A stretch of DNA of 64,000 nucleotides from a virus (IMGVR_UViG_2602041884_000001:10432-74431), one strand, 5' to 3'; positions 34,897-44,877 are shown, numbered from the stretch's first letter. Numbers and translations: made by a program. The notes: generated by a model from the sequence alone, not told the origin.

Positions 34897-36527
34897 TACA
34901 GCGTGCCCTCCAATGCTTCACTGAGCTTCTCCATGAAGCTCGAATCCTGCGATCCCTTCGTGCCACCGCGAACGATGGTGTCGAATGAGAACTCTTTGTC
35001 TTTGATGATCTGCTCAACCCGATACTCGGCAGAGTTTTTAACCTGGTAGTCGAAGATCGTAATTGAACTGTGCTTCTCGGAGCCGACGCGGCGCATGCGA
35101 CCGATGCACTGATCGTTCAATCCCGGCGAGAACTCCTTGCCAACGAACTGCCCGTGATTGGCAGCAGTCATGTTGAGTCCAACGCCGATAGCCTTGATGA
35201 TTCCGATAACCACAGCGCCGCCCTCGAGTGCTTCCCACTCCTTGACGACGCCCTGCCGCTTATCCTTCGACACTCGGCCACTGATCTCGTAGATCGGCGT
35301 GCCCGGTCGCGCCACCTCGAGCCTGCGCTTGTAGCAGTCAATGACTTCCTTGAACTGCGTGAACACAATCAGCTTGTGCCCGTTGTCGAGAATCTCTACT
35401 GCATCCTCGATAGCCAGGTCGAGCTTCGGCGACTCGTCCCAGCTAGGAACGAGCGTCGCGGTAGTCGAGCAAATCTGGCGCATACGAAGCTGGCGGACCA
35501 TCGGCCACTCGAGTGCCTCTTCCTGCTCTTCGGTCATGGCGGGTACAAACTTTTGCAGCTTATGCTCGGTGGCGAGGTAGTTGTACATCTCGCGTGGTCG
35601 ATCAACTAGCGAGACCAGTCGCCGTATGACGTTCACCTCGGGCAGGTCGATCACATTGTCGATCTCGCGACGCAGCATAACCTGCGATAGGCGCGTGGTC
35701 AGCTGTCGAGGATTCTTGACAGACACAACCTGCTTGCCGTTGAAGCCGCCCAGTGAGCAGTACTTCGCACGGAAACCAGCGAACGTCCCCCACTGGCCGG
35801 GGGTGACCCAGTCGAGTAGAGTCCACAGGTCGTCGACCTGGTTCGTCATCGGCGTGCCGGTCATCGCGAGTCTACGCGGCGCGGCGATCTGCGAGATGTT
35901 CTTGTAGGCGTTCGTCTCTTTGTTCTTGATGACATGAGCCTCGTCGGCGACGATGAAGTCGACGCCCATTGAGTTGATTTGCTGAAGATGGTCCGCAAGA
36001 ACTTCATAGTTGATAACGAGAATCTTGTGGTTGTCAATCTTCTTGAAGGTCTCGATCTGCTTGAAGCGGTCGATCACGTTGCCGGTCGGCACACAGTAGT
36101 CCAGGTACGTGAACTTCTCGATCTCGTCTGCCCAGTTCATACGGAGCGAAGCTGGAACAACTGCCACCATAAAGCAGCGCTTCGACGGGTCCTTCTTGAC
36201 GCTCATCCAGATGTGCATTCCGAATGTGAACAGCGCCTGAATGGTCTTGCCGAGACCCATCTCGTCGCCGAGGATTGCGCCTCGCTTGTTCTTGAGCCAC
36301 TTGACGCCCTCTTCCTGGTATGGCTTGAGAACGATCTCTGGCTTGATCCAGTTGTCGAGCGAACCACGACTCTTCGGAACGGTTATTGGTGGTGCTGTCA
36401 TCGACTTCCTTCTCGACGTATCGGGAGGTACTGCAGACTTGGGGTCCAGTGTTGGCACACTCATGCCAAGTTCCGAGGCTCGACGGTTAATCGAGGCCGT
36501 AAGTTTTGACTCCAAGTCTGCTAGCAT
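34896..36527 (-). CDS. SNF2-family DNA helicase/translocase
   Basis: DEMGLGKT, DEAH, MTGTP, GVGLN and Q..GR..R.G motifs. Confidence 0.92.
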   Translation of the reverse strand: MLADLESKLTASINRRASELGMSVPTLDPKSAVPPDTSRRKSMTAPPITVPKSRGSLDNWIKPEIVLKPYQEEGVKWLKNKRGAILGDEMGLGKTIQALFTFGMHIWMSVKKDPSKRCFMVAVVPASLRMNWADEIEKFTYLDYCVPTGNVIDRFKQIETFKKIDNHKILVINYEVLADHLQQINSMGVDFIVADEAHVIKNKETNAYKNISQIAAPRRLAMTGTPMTNQVDDLWTLLDWVTPGQWGTFAGFRAKYCSLGGFNGKQVVSVKNPRQLTTRLSQVMLRREIDNVIDLPEVNVIRRLVSLVDRPREMYNYLATEHKLQKFVPAMTEEQEEALEWPMVRQLRMRQICSTTATLVPSWDESPKLDLAIEDAVEILDNGHKLIVFTQFKEVIDCYKRRLEVARPGTPIYEISGRVSKDKRQGVVKEWEALEGGAVVIGIIKAIGVGLNMTAANHGQFVGKEFSPGLNDQCIGRMRRVGSEKHSSITIFDYQVKNSAEYRVEQIIKDKEFSFDTIVRGGTKGSQDSSFMEKLSEALEGTL

Positions 36528-36530
36528 CTC

Positions 36531-37133
36531 TTACCCCCACTTCTCTTTCATGATGCAGTTCGAGCATCCGCCCTTGCGGTTGATCGTCTCGATTGCATCC
36601 TTGAGTGTTCCGTATGGCATCTTGCACTTGCGGCACTGAACGCCCTCGTCCGAGTCGGACGTGCGCTCGAGATTGTAGTTGCCCATTGCGATGGACTGGT
36701 CGATCTCATCCTGGACTTTCTCCAGTTCAGTGTCTGCGGTCAGTGGGGCGATGCCACCTGACATTACCTCGTCTACGAGCTGCGGTACGGTCTTGATCTT
36801 CGCCTCGCCCTCGTCCTGGTTCGGCCCAATGTCGAGTCCGAGCGCCTCCTCGTACGTTCGACCATCGACCATGAGTCCGCGTCGGAACAGTCGGCACCCG
36901 ACCAGGATGCCCTTGTAGAGGTAGGCGTTGGCAGTTCCGCCGACGTTGGAGATCAGTTTCTCGATGTAGTCGAGCTGGTCGTTATCGAGGTCGTCGATGA
37001 ATGCTGCGAACGAGGCAAGGTCCGCGTTGTGTTCTTGCTCTTGCTCGCGTGCGCGCAATTGGTACTCTTCCTGCTGCCAGGCGGTGTATTCCTTGGCCTG
37101 ACGTACAGCTTCCGACATGTCGTCGTCGGTCAT
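36531..37133 (-). CDS. hypothetical protein with C-terminal CxxC..CxxC
   Basis: GGGAG RBS before ATG 37133. Confidence 0.7.
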   Translation of the reverse strand: MTDDDMSEAVRQAKEYTAWQQEEYQLRAREQEQEHNADLASFAAFIDDLDNDQLDYIEKLISNVGGTANAYLYKGILVGCRLFRRGLMVDGRTYEEALGLDIGPNQDEGEAKIKTVPQLVDEVMSGGIAPLTADTELEKVQDEIDQSIAMGNYNLERTSDSDEGVQCRKCKMPYGTLKDAIETINRKGGCSNCIMKEKWG

Positions 37134-37152
37134 TGTGACTCCCTTCTTTGCA

Positions 37153-37190
37153 CAATTGAAGGGGCTGCGTCGGTGCAGCCCCTTCAATTG
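37153..37190. terminator. 16-bp inverted repeat (terminator or processing hairpin)
   Basis: CAATTGAAGGGGCTGC-gtcggt-GCAGCCCCTTCAATTG; intergenic. Confidence 0.6.
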
Positions 37191-37253
37191 CCTTGCTCCC
37201 CTTGCAACTCCGCTCTTTGGGTGGGTTATAGGAACCCTTTCAGGGGAAGACCC

Positions 37254-38300
37254 TTAGAACGGAGGCTCTTCGTCGTCATCGATGATGACTTCACCAGCCG
37301 CCTGTGGCGCCTTGACCTTGCCGACCGTGGAGAATACGGGCTCCTCCGGGGGCGGGGGCGGCGTGGGTGCCGCCGGTGTCGGAGCGGGCGTCTCCGTTGC
37401 AGCTGGGGTAGCGGACGGTGCCGGTGCCGGGGCGGATGCCCACGGGTCGGAACCGTCCACGACGTTGCCCTCGATGTCGCCCTCGGGGACCGAGGCTGCC
37501 GGATCGTCGTCCTCATCCTTGGGCATCGGAATCTGGCCGAGGAATGCCTGGGCGGACTTGAACGAGTCGAAGTAGTCCTGCCATGCGGCCTGATCGGTCT
37601 TGCCCACCTTGGTGAACTTCGGCGTGCAGTACTTCACACTGCCGCGACGGTTCGCATCGAGCTCCAGTCGAGTTGCAACCGTGAAGATCGGAGCCTTCTT
37701 GGTTGCAAACGGAGTCACGTACGCCCGTGCAGGCTTGATGCCCGAGCGTCGAATCGTCCACAGCGCAGGCACCCAGGTGTCCGGGTCCTCGGGGTCCTGG
37801 TAGAGGAGCGGGAAGGTCCACTCCTCGGAGCACCAAGGACGCTTGCCGGACGGGTCGGTGTTCCACTCCTTGAAGTGGCAACCCTTGCAGGCGATCGATG
37901 GAAGCGACTTCTGTCCGTCCGCGAGTTGCAGCGGGATTGCATCGCCCGGATTGTAGACCGACTGTGCGCCCCAGGGGAACTGCTTCGCCTCGGGCAGCTG
38001 TGGGTCCATGTTTGGGAAGCCCTCGCGAGTATTCGGCGACTTGCACAGGGGCGCATCCGCCTCGTTGCCTTCGCTGACCTCGCCCCACATGATGCGCGAC
38101 TTGTGCAGTCCAAGGAGGACGACGACGAGACTGTCGAAGAGTTCCTCGGTCTGCGTGTTCTTGAACTTGCCCTCGATGTGATCGATACCGAGGCGCGGCA
38201 TCGTGAGGTCACTGGTATCGAAGTCTTCGAGTCCAGTCTCGCCACCATCCCACTGAACGAGTTCGTTGCCCGTCGTCTGACTGGGCTGCAGAGATGTCAT
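37254..38300 (-). CDS. putative single-stranded DNA-binding protein
   Basis: Strong codon bias; C..C..C; Pro/Ala linker; acidic DDDEEPPF C-terminus; likely ATG at 38300. Confidence 0.6.
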   Translation of the reverse strand: MTSLQPSQTTGNELVQWDGGETGLEDFDTSDLTMPRLGIDHIEGKFKNTQTEELFDSLVVVLLGLHKSRIMWGEVSEGNEADAPLCKSPNTREGFPNMDPQLPEAKQFPWGAQSVYNPGDAIPLQLADGQKSLPSIACKGCHFKEWNTDPSGKRPWCSEEWTFPLLYQDPEDPDTWVPALWTIRRSGIKPARAYVTPFATKKAPIFTVATRLELDANRRGSVKYCTPKFTKVGKTDQAAWQDYFDSFKSAQAFLGQIPMPKDEDDDPAASVPEGDIEGNVVDGSDPWASAPAPAPSATPAATETPAPTPAAPTPPPPPEEPVFSTVGKVKAPQAAGEVIIDDDEEPPF

Positions 38301-38390
38301 TTCTTGTTTGCTCCGTTCATGCGTTCTGAAGTCTTGGCTGTTTCGTGAGTTTTGCAGGTTTTGCACGTACGCATTCGTTCGTACCCATAC

Positions 38391-38419
38391 ATATTAACAC
38401 ACATGGATTTGATTGTCAA
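38391..38419 (-). promoter_or_regulatory. SigA-type promoter TTGACA-17-TAATAT
   Basis: Consensus hexamers in an intergenic gap. Confidence 0.75.
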
Positions 38420-38433
38420 CCCCAAACTTTGGG

Positions 38434-38736
38434 CTACCTACCTTTCATCCTGACGTTACGTTGTTCAGTGAAGCGAATCTTCCGATATCGCATCCACGAC
38501 TTGAACTCCATCTCGGCCACTCGCCATACCGGATTGTCGCCGGGCGCTGCTATGTTGACGGAAAGCAGTTTACCCTTCCTGGAGCCAATTGAGCGCCCGT
38601 AGAAGAAGATGATATTGCCCGTCAGATACTTCATCGAGACGTCGAGCATCTGCGCAATCTGATCCAACGAGAACAGAAACTCCCTGGCCGGAAGATTCAC
38701 TTCCGACTCGATCGCGTCCTCGTCAAAGGAGTTCAT
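38434..38736 (-). CDS. putative DNA-binding (HTH-like) protein
   Basis: FSLDQIAQMLDVS..WRV. Confidence 0.6.
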   Translation of the reverse strand: MNSFDEDAIESEVNLPAREFLFSLDQIAQMLDVSMKYLTGNIIFFYGRSIGSRKGKLLSVNIAAPGDNPVWRVAEMEFKSWMRYRKIRFTEQRNVRMKGR

Positions 38737-39071
38737 TCCTCGCGCACCTGATTGTAGTTCGCGGAGCGCATCTTAAATGCATCCTTGCCGCCCGTTGGTA
38801 CGCCAGTGAGATCACAGTTGGCGAACTCGAAGAAATACTCTGCCATCCAGGGGGCGAGGTTGACGCCGTATCGCAGGTGTCCGTAGACCTCGAGCGATCG
38901 AGTGCTTTCGCGCTCGAGTCGTTCGAGCTCCTCCTTGATGATCGTCGGAGCTCCGTCCGCGCAGGAGAAGTCTTGCATGCGAGCGTAGACATAAGTCACG
39001 TCCGAGAATCGCTTGAGCTCTCGCTTCTTTGCTGATTCCACCGTGAGCATGTCGGTCTGTCCTTCTTGCAT
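38733..39071 (-). CDS. hypothetical protein
   Basis: GGGAGG RBS; 4-bp overlap. Confidence 0.7.
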   Translation of the reverse strand: MQEGQTDMLTVESAKKRELKRFSDVTYVYARMQDFSCADGAPTIIKEELERLERESTRSLEVYGHLRYGVNLAPWMAEYFFEFANCDLTGVPTGGKDAFKMRSANYNQVREE

Positions 39072-39076
39072 GGTGT

Positions 39077-39265
39077 CTACCTCCCCGTTCGCTTTCGCTT
39101 TGCGCGAGCCTTATCGCGCTTCTTCTGGCGTTCGACCTTCCTGATCTTATCCAGCTTCTCGGCCTTTTCGATCCGTTCGATGTAGTCACCCCAGGACTCA
39201 TCCTCCGGAGCGTTCGCCTTGCTGGAGAGCTTCCAGTGGTCGTTGACGATCTGATTGTCTCGCAT
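39077..39265 (-). CDS. hypothetical basic protein
   Basis: ATG overlaps the upstream TAA. Confidence 0.6.
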   Translation of the reverse strand: MRDNQIVNDHWKLSSKANAPEDESWGDYIERIEKAEKLDKIRKVERQKKRDKARAKRKRTGR

Positions 39266-39900
39266 TACCTTTTGTTCCTCCTCTTGCACGCCTCAAGTCC
39301 GTCGCGCATACCCTCGACCGTGAGGTGGGCGAAGTACAAAGGCTTGCGGTGAATCTTTGCGTAGCCGATGGATTCCCAGCGATTAAAGACCGCGCCGATT
39401 GCGCCCGTGCTGGGCGGCGACTCTGGATTGATCTGCTCCGCTATGAACTGTGGAGTCAAGCGCTCGCTGAACTCCCCGTTCATAGACTTGATGCAGACCT
39501 GCTGCACTTCGAGTTCCAGCTGGCCTCGCTGCCGATAGCCGCTCGAGGTTTGTGTGAACTCGCGTACCGAAACCTTCACGCTTGGTACGATCTCTGAAGG
39601 TTGATCGATCGTTCTCGTTGTTGTAGTCACGCCGAGACTCTCGCCGTCCAGTTCGGGCGAGACGGAGAAGTACTCCGCGAACGAGGGGTGAATCACTGGC
39701 ACGTAGTTGGGGTTCTGGTGAACCTGCCTCTCGGCTCCGGCCATCTCGTACATTCGGTTGAACTTTGCGTGACATGTGCATGTGCAGATCTCGAATGCCG
39801 TGCACACCTTCATGGGCTTGCCCGTGAAGGATACGGGAGCGGTCCCCTCGCAGCATCCCGTTCCGCAGAAGCCAGTCTTGTATGGCATCGCTCGACTCAC
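39265..39900 (-). CDS. hypothetical protein (Cys-rich N-terminus, possible wHTH C-terminus)
   Basis: C..C..C.C.CH cluster; 'PPSTGAIGAV' motif. Confidence 0.7.
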   Translation of the reverse strand: MSRAMPYKTGFCGTGCCEGTAPVSFTGKPMKVCTAFEICTCTCHAKFNRMYEMAGAERQVHQNPNYVPVIHPSFAEYFSVSPELDGESLGVTTTTRTIDQPSEIVPSVKVSVREFTQTSSGYRQRGQLELEVQQVCIKSMNGEFSERLTPQFIAEQINPESPPSTGAIGAVFNRWESIGYAKIHRKPLYFAHLTVEGMRDGLEACKRRNKR

Positions 39901-40421
39901 TCCTCTCCATATGAACCGGCCTCGTCCGAAACGTCGACCTCTTTGTTGCTTGTATCTCGCGTCTGCACGACGCGGTCCAGGTAGGAAGCCTCATCACTGT
40001 CGAGGCTGCATGTGTCTGGAAGCGTCTCGATCGTTTCGAGAAAGGCTGGCCCCTCCCTCTTCCAGACAATGGGTGGCGGTCGGAAGCACCGGGGATAACT
40101 GGTGTCACCATCCTCGAGTGCAGCCTCTGCGTACTCGTCCCGCTCCCTTGATACCGGAGCGGCGAGCTCGAAAGCTGTATCGATCACACGCTTATGTGCG
40201 ATCAGCTCTTCGTATGTTAGTGAAGACAGGTTAATGAAGTACCGCATCCTCCCGTCTTCAAAGTTAAGTCCTACGTCGTTTCCGGCTTCATGCTCAGCCT
40301 TTGCGACAGAGAGTGAAACCTTCTTCAGGTTTCCATCGGTCCACATTCTTCTCGTTGAGGAATATAGACCCTTCTTTCTGGCCTTAACTGCCGGTTTGCT
40401 TTGTCCGCCGGGTACGCGCAA
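39897..40421 (-). CDS. hypothetical protein
   Basis: AAAGGA RBS; operon packing. Confidence 0.65.
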   Translation of the reverse strand: MRVPGGQSKPAVKARKKGLYSSTRRMWTDGNLKKVSLSVAKAEHEAGNDVGLNFEDGRMRYFINLSSLTYEELIAHKRVIDTAFELAAPVSRERDEYAEAALEDGDTSYPRCFRPPPIVWKREGPAFLETIETLPDTCSLDSDEASYLDRVVQTRDTSNKEVDVSDEAGSYGEE

Positions 40422-40629
40422 TTCTCATCCTTTCAGATCGTGGCATGTCCTTGGGGTAGTTGTAGCTCTCGTCCGCCCCGAGGCATTCTTCACACAGCCA
40501 GTCGACCGTGCGGGATCGAAAGACTGTGGTCTGATTTCCGATGCCAGCGAACAAAACCTTCTTCGAGGTGAGTTCGTCCCGGGCCTTGTCCTTTCCGCAG
40601 ACTGTGCAAACGTACATGGGCTCTTTCAT
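40384..40629 (-). CDS. hypothetical zinc-finger protein
   Basis: CTVC..CEEC. Confidence 0.7.
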   Translation of the reverse strand: MKEPMYVCTVCGKDKARDELTSKKVLFAGIGNQTTVFRSRTVDWLCEECLGADESYNYPKDMPRSERMRIARTRRTKQTGS

Positions 40630-40644
40630 TACTTGCCTTTCTAA

Positions 40645-41508
40645 TCAGAATGGTGGTGGAGATGCACTGGAAAACATATCAATCATGTCCTTCTTTAGAA
40701 CCACTGCGTCGTAGCAGTCTTTACAGAATCCGGTAGACGGAATGAATAGTCGATCGATTGTGAAGGACTCGGTATTTCGCGCGCCACTCTCGCACGCCTG
40801 GCACGACATATCGAAGCGACCGTCGTCAACACTGAAGACTCTGTCTAGAACGGAATCCATAGCCGATACAAACATCTCGCCAAGCGCCTCTACCGTTGGT
40901 GGACTTTTCAGACTCCACACTCCAATATTGATTGGAACGAGTGCCTTCTGTCCGAAGGCATCGAGGCGAGAGTGGGACCTCATGTCCACCAGGGCCATCG
41001 TGGCGACGAGTTCGCACGTAGGTGATACTCGCGAGATGAAGATCACCTCGCGATGCCCAGGGGCGTACGGACTTTCTATTTTGCCCCAAGTTGTGGGATC
41101 CCCTGGGCCTCCGGAGTATAGGTGAGGCCACGCCAGTGGTAGCACAAAGTGACGCCGTGTCATCGATCCAACGCAAAGAGCATATCTAAAAATGACATTC
41201 ATCTTGGCTTTACTGAACCAGCTCTCACTGTCCCACGAGAACCTCGTTCCCGAATTGCCAGACGTTGTAGACTCCCTAGTGACAACCGCATTCATAGCAC
41301 AGCGCTGAAGGCGTATTTGGATAGAGGCAGAGTTCATTGACATGTATGTAATGGGATTCTGAATCCCATTCTCTATCATAAAGTCGCCGTATGATCCCAT
41401 TGCATCCCGCAGGGAGAGGGAATCTGATTGATCAGCCCAGGCAAACATCGGGGTCTCGATCTCGTTGAGCATGGTTATGCCATCTTGCATGCTGTTAGCC
41501 ATCTTCAC
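40645..41508 (-). CDS. hypothetical protein with C-terminal CxxC..CxxC
   Basis: 287-aa ORF; lower GC than neighbours; start uncertain. Confidence 0.65.
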   Translation of the reverse strand: MKMANSMQDGITMLNEIETPMFAWADQSDSLSLRDAMGSYGDFMIENGIQNPITYMSMNSASIQIRLQRCAMNAVVTRESTTSGNSGTRFSWDSESWFSKAKMNVIFRYALCVGSMTRRHFVLPLAWPHLYSGGPGDPTTWGKIESPYAPGHREVIFISRVSPTCELVATMALVDMRSHSRLDAFGQKALVPINIGVWSLKSPPTVEALGEMFVSAMDSVLDRVFSVDDGRFDMSCQACESGARNTESFTIDRLFIPSTGFCKDCYDAVVLKKDMIDMFSSASPPPF

Positions 41509-41839
41509 CCCCCTCCAGGTAGTCGAGGAGTCGTCCCGTCACTGGCGGATCGACCCGCTCTGCGTGCGTTCGTAGCTCCTTGCGATCAAGCATCCCCAGT
41601 CCCGCGAACACCTGGACGGCACGGTGGGTGGCCAGGTCCTTTGTGAAGCGACGAGAACCTCTGCGCTTTGGCGGCTCTGGCTTCTCGTCTGGCGCGGGGG
41701 ACTTGACTACAGCTTTCGGCTCGGTCTTTGTTTGAGCTTTGGGCTTCGGCTTGGGCTTAGCCTTTGGCTTCGGCTTTGCCCCGTTGCAGATGCATGGCAT
41801 CTCTTCGCAGAACATGCACGGGCCTAGAGCTTTAGCCAT
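41495..41839 (-). CDS. hypothetical protein (CxxC..CxC, KP repeats)
   Basis: GGAG RBS. Confidence 0.7.
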   Translation of the reverse strand: MAKALGPCMFCEEMPCICNGAKPKPKAKPKPKPKAQTKTEPKAVVKSPAPDEKPEPPKRRGSRRFTKDLATHRAVQVFAGLGMLDRKELRTHAERVDPPVTGRLLDYLEGGEDG

Positions 41840-41842
41840 AAC

Positions 41843-42106
41843 TTACTCCGGTAGCTGCCCAAGCATTGCTTGGCTGAAGTGTGTGGTTGCGTACGTTCCC
41901 AGTCCAACAGCCTCGGCTGTTGAACCTGCAAGAACCGCCGCCTGGTAGCGCTCGTCGTCCGTCTCGAGACTCGAGAGCTTGATGGAGACGATTGCCGACG
42001 AGACGTGCCATCCGCTGCCTGCCTCGCTGATTGCGACAAGGTTCTCGATAGCCTCGACAACCTTCTGGAAAGCATTCTTCTCTTCTTCTGAAATACCCTC
42101 GTGCAT
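41843..42106 (-). CDS. hypothetical protein
   Basis: AAGGAGG RBS before ATG 42106. Confidence 0.7.
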   Translation of the reverse strand: MHEGISEEEKNAFQKVVEAIENLVAISEAGSGWHVSSAIVSIKLSSLETDDERYQAAVLAGSTAEAVGLGTYATTHFSQAMLGQLPE

Positions 42107-42128
42107 GCTACCTCCTTGCTGCCCATCG

Positions 42129-42157
42129 ATAGTACCACATCGGCGAGCTAATGTCAA
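42129..42157 (-). promoter_or_regulatory. SigA-type promoter TTGACA-17-TACTAT
   Basis: Consensus match with TG extension; shares ATGTGGTACTAT with the 49.4-kb promoter. Confidence 0.8.
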
Positions 42158-42267
42158 ATGTTCTTCTTGCCTGTAGTGTAGGTCACTCGGGACTAGAAGT
42201 ACCAGTCCGCGCCCAATACTCGCCTAGCGCGCAATCCCAAGTCGTTACCGCGAGTTCGACCCAGCTT

Positions 42268-43002
42268 CTACAGCTTGGATTTCTCTGTCTCGAATTGCTC
42301 TTCGGAGATCTTTAGCATGCCCTGGATAACAGCGTCCGGCAGCCCCTGCTCGATCATTCCCTTCAGGTGCTCGCGATCCTCGTTCGACATGGCGCGAAAC
42401 TTGCCAGTCTTGGGATCAGCCTTGGGGCCTCGCTTGATGGGCGCAGACTTGCGCGTAGCCTTGGGCTGCACCTTTGTCGGCTCTGGCATGGGGTTGTGAC
42501 CCTGAACGCCAGGCGTGGGCATGAAGTCGATCTCGCCCTTGTTCATTCGGTACCGCTTCAGAGACCACTTGCTTACCGCAGTGACGTCCTCGAAGTGTGG
42601 CCCAGAAATGATCTGCAGGGCAATCGCAATGCCCTGCGCCTGCCCCTGAAGTTTGAAGTAACCCTCGAGTTCCTCGGGACTCATCTCGTCGTTCTTGAAT
42701 CGAGGACGCTGATCCATGAGCGCCTTGGTTACTCGATCCAGTTCGAGCCAGTACTGCTCAATTATGCTCGGCCCAACCGGCATGAATCCACCTCCGTCTG
42801 CGAGTAACATTCGAGTCTCTGTGTATGGACACAGGTCGTTTTCGTGGTGACGCTCTCGCTCGGATTCGGCACCGCTTTTTGTCTTGTGATACGTTGTCCA
42901 TACACAGTGCGGATCACCGCAGGCGTATGTCCAATCGAGATGGCCCTCGTGATCGGGCTGGTTTACGGTCGGAAAAATCTCCGGCCAGGAGGCGTAAGTC
43001 AC
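42268..43002 (-). CDS. hypothetical protein
   Basis: 244-aa ORF; C..C..H..H near the N-terminus. Confidence 0.7.
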   Translation of the reverse strand: MTYASWPEIFPTVNQPDHEGHLDWTYACGDPHCVWTTYHKTKSGAESERERHHENDLCPYTETRMLLADGGGFMPVGPSIIEQYWLELDRVTKALMDQRPRFKNDEMSPEELEGYFKLQGQAQGIAIALQIISGPHFEDVTAVSKWSLKRYRMNKGEIDFMPTPGVQGHNPMPEPTKVQPKATRKSAPIKRGPKADPKTGKFRAMSNEDREHLKGMIEQGLPDAVIQGMLKISEEQFETEKSKL

Positions 43003-43145
43003 GGCTCATCCTCCGGGTCTGGCGGGAGTTCCTCCTTCTCCTCGTCGGTCAGTGGCACGTCGAACGGTACGTACTGGAGCGCCTCTTCCCAGGGGTGAGG
43101 CTCGGGCCAGTCGGGCGGGCCGTAGTAATACGGAGGTCCGTACAT
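42999..43145 (-). CDS. small Pro-rich hypothetical protein
   Basis: ATG overlaps the upstream TAA. Confidence 0.55.
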   Translation of the reverse strand: MYGPPYYYGPPDWPEPHPWEEALQYVPFDVPLTDEEKEELPPDPEDEP

Positions 43146-43402
43146 TACTCGCCGCCGTTCGTCCACGCATCGAAGCGGTCGCCCCACTTGCACTTGACGC
43201 GCGAGCCGTCTTCGAGGACCAGGATCATGTGCTCGTTCTGGTACAGGTGCGACGCCTCGACGAGTGATTTGGTCTGGTAAACCTTGCCGTCGACTCCGAC
43301 GTGATCGACTCGAACCATCATGCCCGGAAGGATTCGACGGGCCTGGCGAGTTCCGATGTAACTCATCTTGTTGACTCGACTTGACGTTAGTGTGTTGCTC
43401 AC
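43145..43402 (-). CDS. hypothetical protein
   Basis: ACAGGAGG RBS. Confidence 0.7.
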   Translation of the reverse strand: MSNTLTSSRVNKMSYIGTRQARRILPGMMVRVDHVGVDGKVYQTKSLVEASHLYQNEHMILVLEDGSRVKCKWGDRFDAWTNGGE

Positions 43403-43456
43403 GGTGTTACCTCCTGTGGTTATTCATACCAGACCCAGCTGGTACTACCTACTCTT

Positions 43457-43501
43457 TAAAAATCAGGCACGAGCAGTGATCCATACTGCTCGTGCCTGAT
43501 T
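43457..43501 (-). terminator. intrinsic terminator
   Basis: 17-bp inverted repeat AATCAGGCACGAGCAGT/ACTGCTCGTGCCTGATT running into a T tract on the minus strand. Confidence 0.75.
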
Positions 43502-43575
43502 GTTTCAGCCTGCCGGAGTTGTTGTTCTCCCGCTCAATCATTCCTCAATTAAGAATTGACTGAAGCTCCAGCAGA

Positions 43576-43998
43576 CTAGTCTTCGACTTCCTCGCTGGAC
43601 TTCTCCGACTTCGAGGGCGGGTCAGCGTGGAAGTGCGACAGTGGCTCGTGATCGAGGCTGTCGTGGAATGACAGCGCGGCTTCCGGCGTCATCGCGTTGA
43701 TGTCGGCCAGGGAGTAGCCGTGGCGGTCGGCCAGGTGACGCTTCACTGTGTCGAGGTTGACGAGGTTAAGGCGTCGTGCCTTCATCTCAGCTTCGGCTTC
43801 CTGCGCCACTCGGATGTCTGCGATGTCCTCGGCCTTGATCAGGCTCAGGTTCGACTTGCCCTTCTCCTTGAAGGCGATCATCTTCTCGGCTCCGGAGGCC
43901 ACTGTGCCTGTGACGTACTCCTCGGCACCCTGGATCAGGAGCTCCACCTTCTTGCCGTCGTAGTCGGTGAGCTCGAGTTCGGTGGCGGGTGCGGTCAT
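43576..43998 (-). CDS. hypothetical protein
   Basis: ACAGGAGG RBS; strong codon bias. Confidence 0.8.
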   Translation of the reverse strand: MTAPATELELTDYDGKKVELLIQGAEEYVTGTVASGAEKMIAFKEKGKSNLSLIKAEDIADIRVAQEAEAEMKARRLNLVNLDTVKRHLADRHGYSLADINAMTPEAALSFHDSLDHEPLSHFHADPPSKSEKSSEEVED

Positions 43999-44041
43999 TT
44001 TGAAATCCTCCTGTTTGTGGTGGTCAGTGACGGTTACCCGC

Positions 44042-44098
44042 CGTTACCCGTTCATGGTACCACACATGACGATGCACGCGCAACACGAACGGGTAACG
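44042..44098 (-). promoter_or_regulatory. promoter TTGCGC-18-TACCAT flanked by a 12-bp inverted repeat
   Basis: CGTTACCCGTTC (44042-53) / GAACGGGTAACG (44087-98). Confidence 0.65.
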
Positions 44099-44112
44099 AC
44101 TTTGGGCGTACG

Positions 44113-44664
44113 TCAGGCGTCGTAAACCCCGCGAAGGATTTCGAGGCTTGCGACGTTGCTTTCCCCGATGAAGTCCACGAGCTCACTCCAGCTGTACGGC
44201 TTGGTTGTGGCACCAGTGACGTACCACTCCTGGGTATCGTACCAGATCGACTCGGAGTGCACGCCGTACGATGACGGATCGAAGATCTGCTGTTTCCGAG
44301 CCACCACGCCGATAGCCGAGTAGGAGTAGACTCGGTTCCCGAAACGCTTCACGAAGGCGACTACCGGAGGATTCCCCTCGTGATCCGGCTTCGGCTCCTG
44401 GCTGGCGAACTTGGACTTCAGTGCCTCTCGAAGGAGGTTGATCTGATGATCACTTTCCTCGAGTCGTTCGTTGATCTCGCGACGTTCGCGTCGCGCCTGC
44501 TCGAGCATCTGCGACAGTGACATGGGATCACGACGCGACTCGGCGAGCACCTCCTCCGGCTGCGCCCGGACGCGCTCGACACGAGCGTATGCCGCTCGGC
44601 ACTTGGCGCGAGCCGAGGAGGTCTTCGGGTGTGTGCATTCCGCGTGAGACATTCGAGTTGCCAT
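44113..44664 (-). CDS. hypothetical protein
   Basis: AGGAG RBS; H..C.H..C N-terminal motif; coiled coil. Confidence 0.75.
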   Translation of the reverse strand: MATRMSHAECTHPKTSSARAKCRAAYARVERVRAQPEEVLAESRRDPMSLSQMLEQARRERREINERLEESDHQINLLREALKSKFASQEPKPDHEGNPPVVAFVKRFGNRVYSYSAIGVVARKQQIFDPSSYGVHSESIWYDTQEWYVTGATTKPYSWSELVDFIGESNVASLEILRGVYDA

Positions 44665-44673
44665 GTTGTTCTC

Positions 44674-44877
44674 CTATCCTCTTAGCCTGATCTTTAGGCC
44701 AAGGTAATCCGAACCTGGTACTGGTTCCCAGGTCTTTTTTCCTTCGACTTTGACGACAAGGGAGCATACAACACCCTTGGTCTCGTTATCTATCTGAGCC
44801 TTGACGGCATCCTCAAGAGTGTCGAAGGTTCCAGAGTACAGTGGAAACTTGAGGTATGAGATAACTAGTCTGTACAT
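44674..44877 (-). CDS. hypothetical protein
   Basis: GGGAG RBS. Confidence 0.6.
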   Translation of the reverse strand: MYRLVISYLKFPLYSGTFDTLEDAVKAQIDNETKGVVCSLVVKVEGKKTWEPVPGSDYLGLKIRLRG

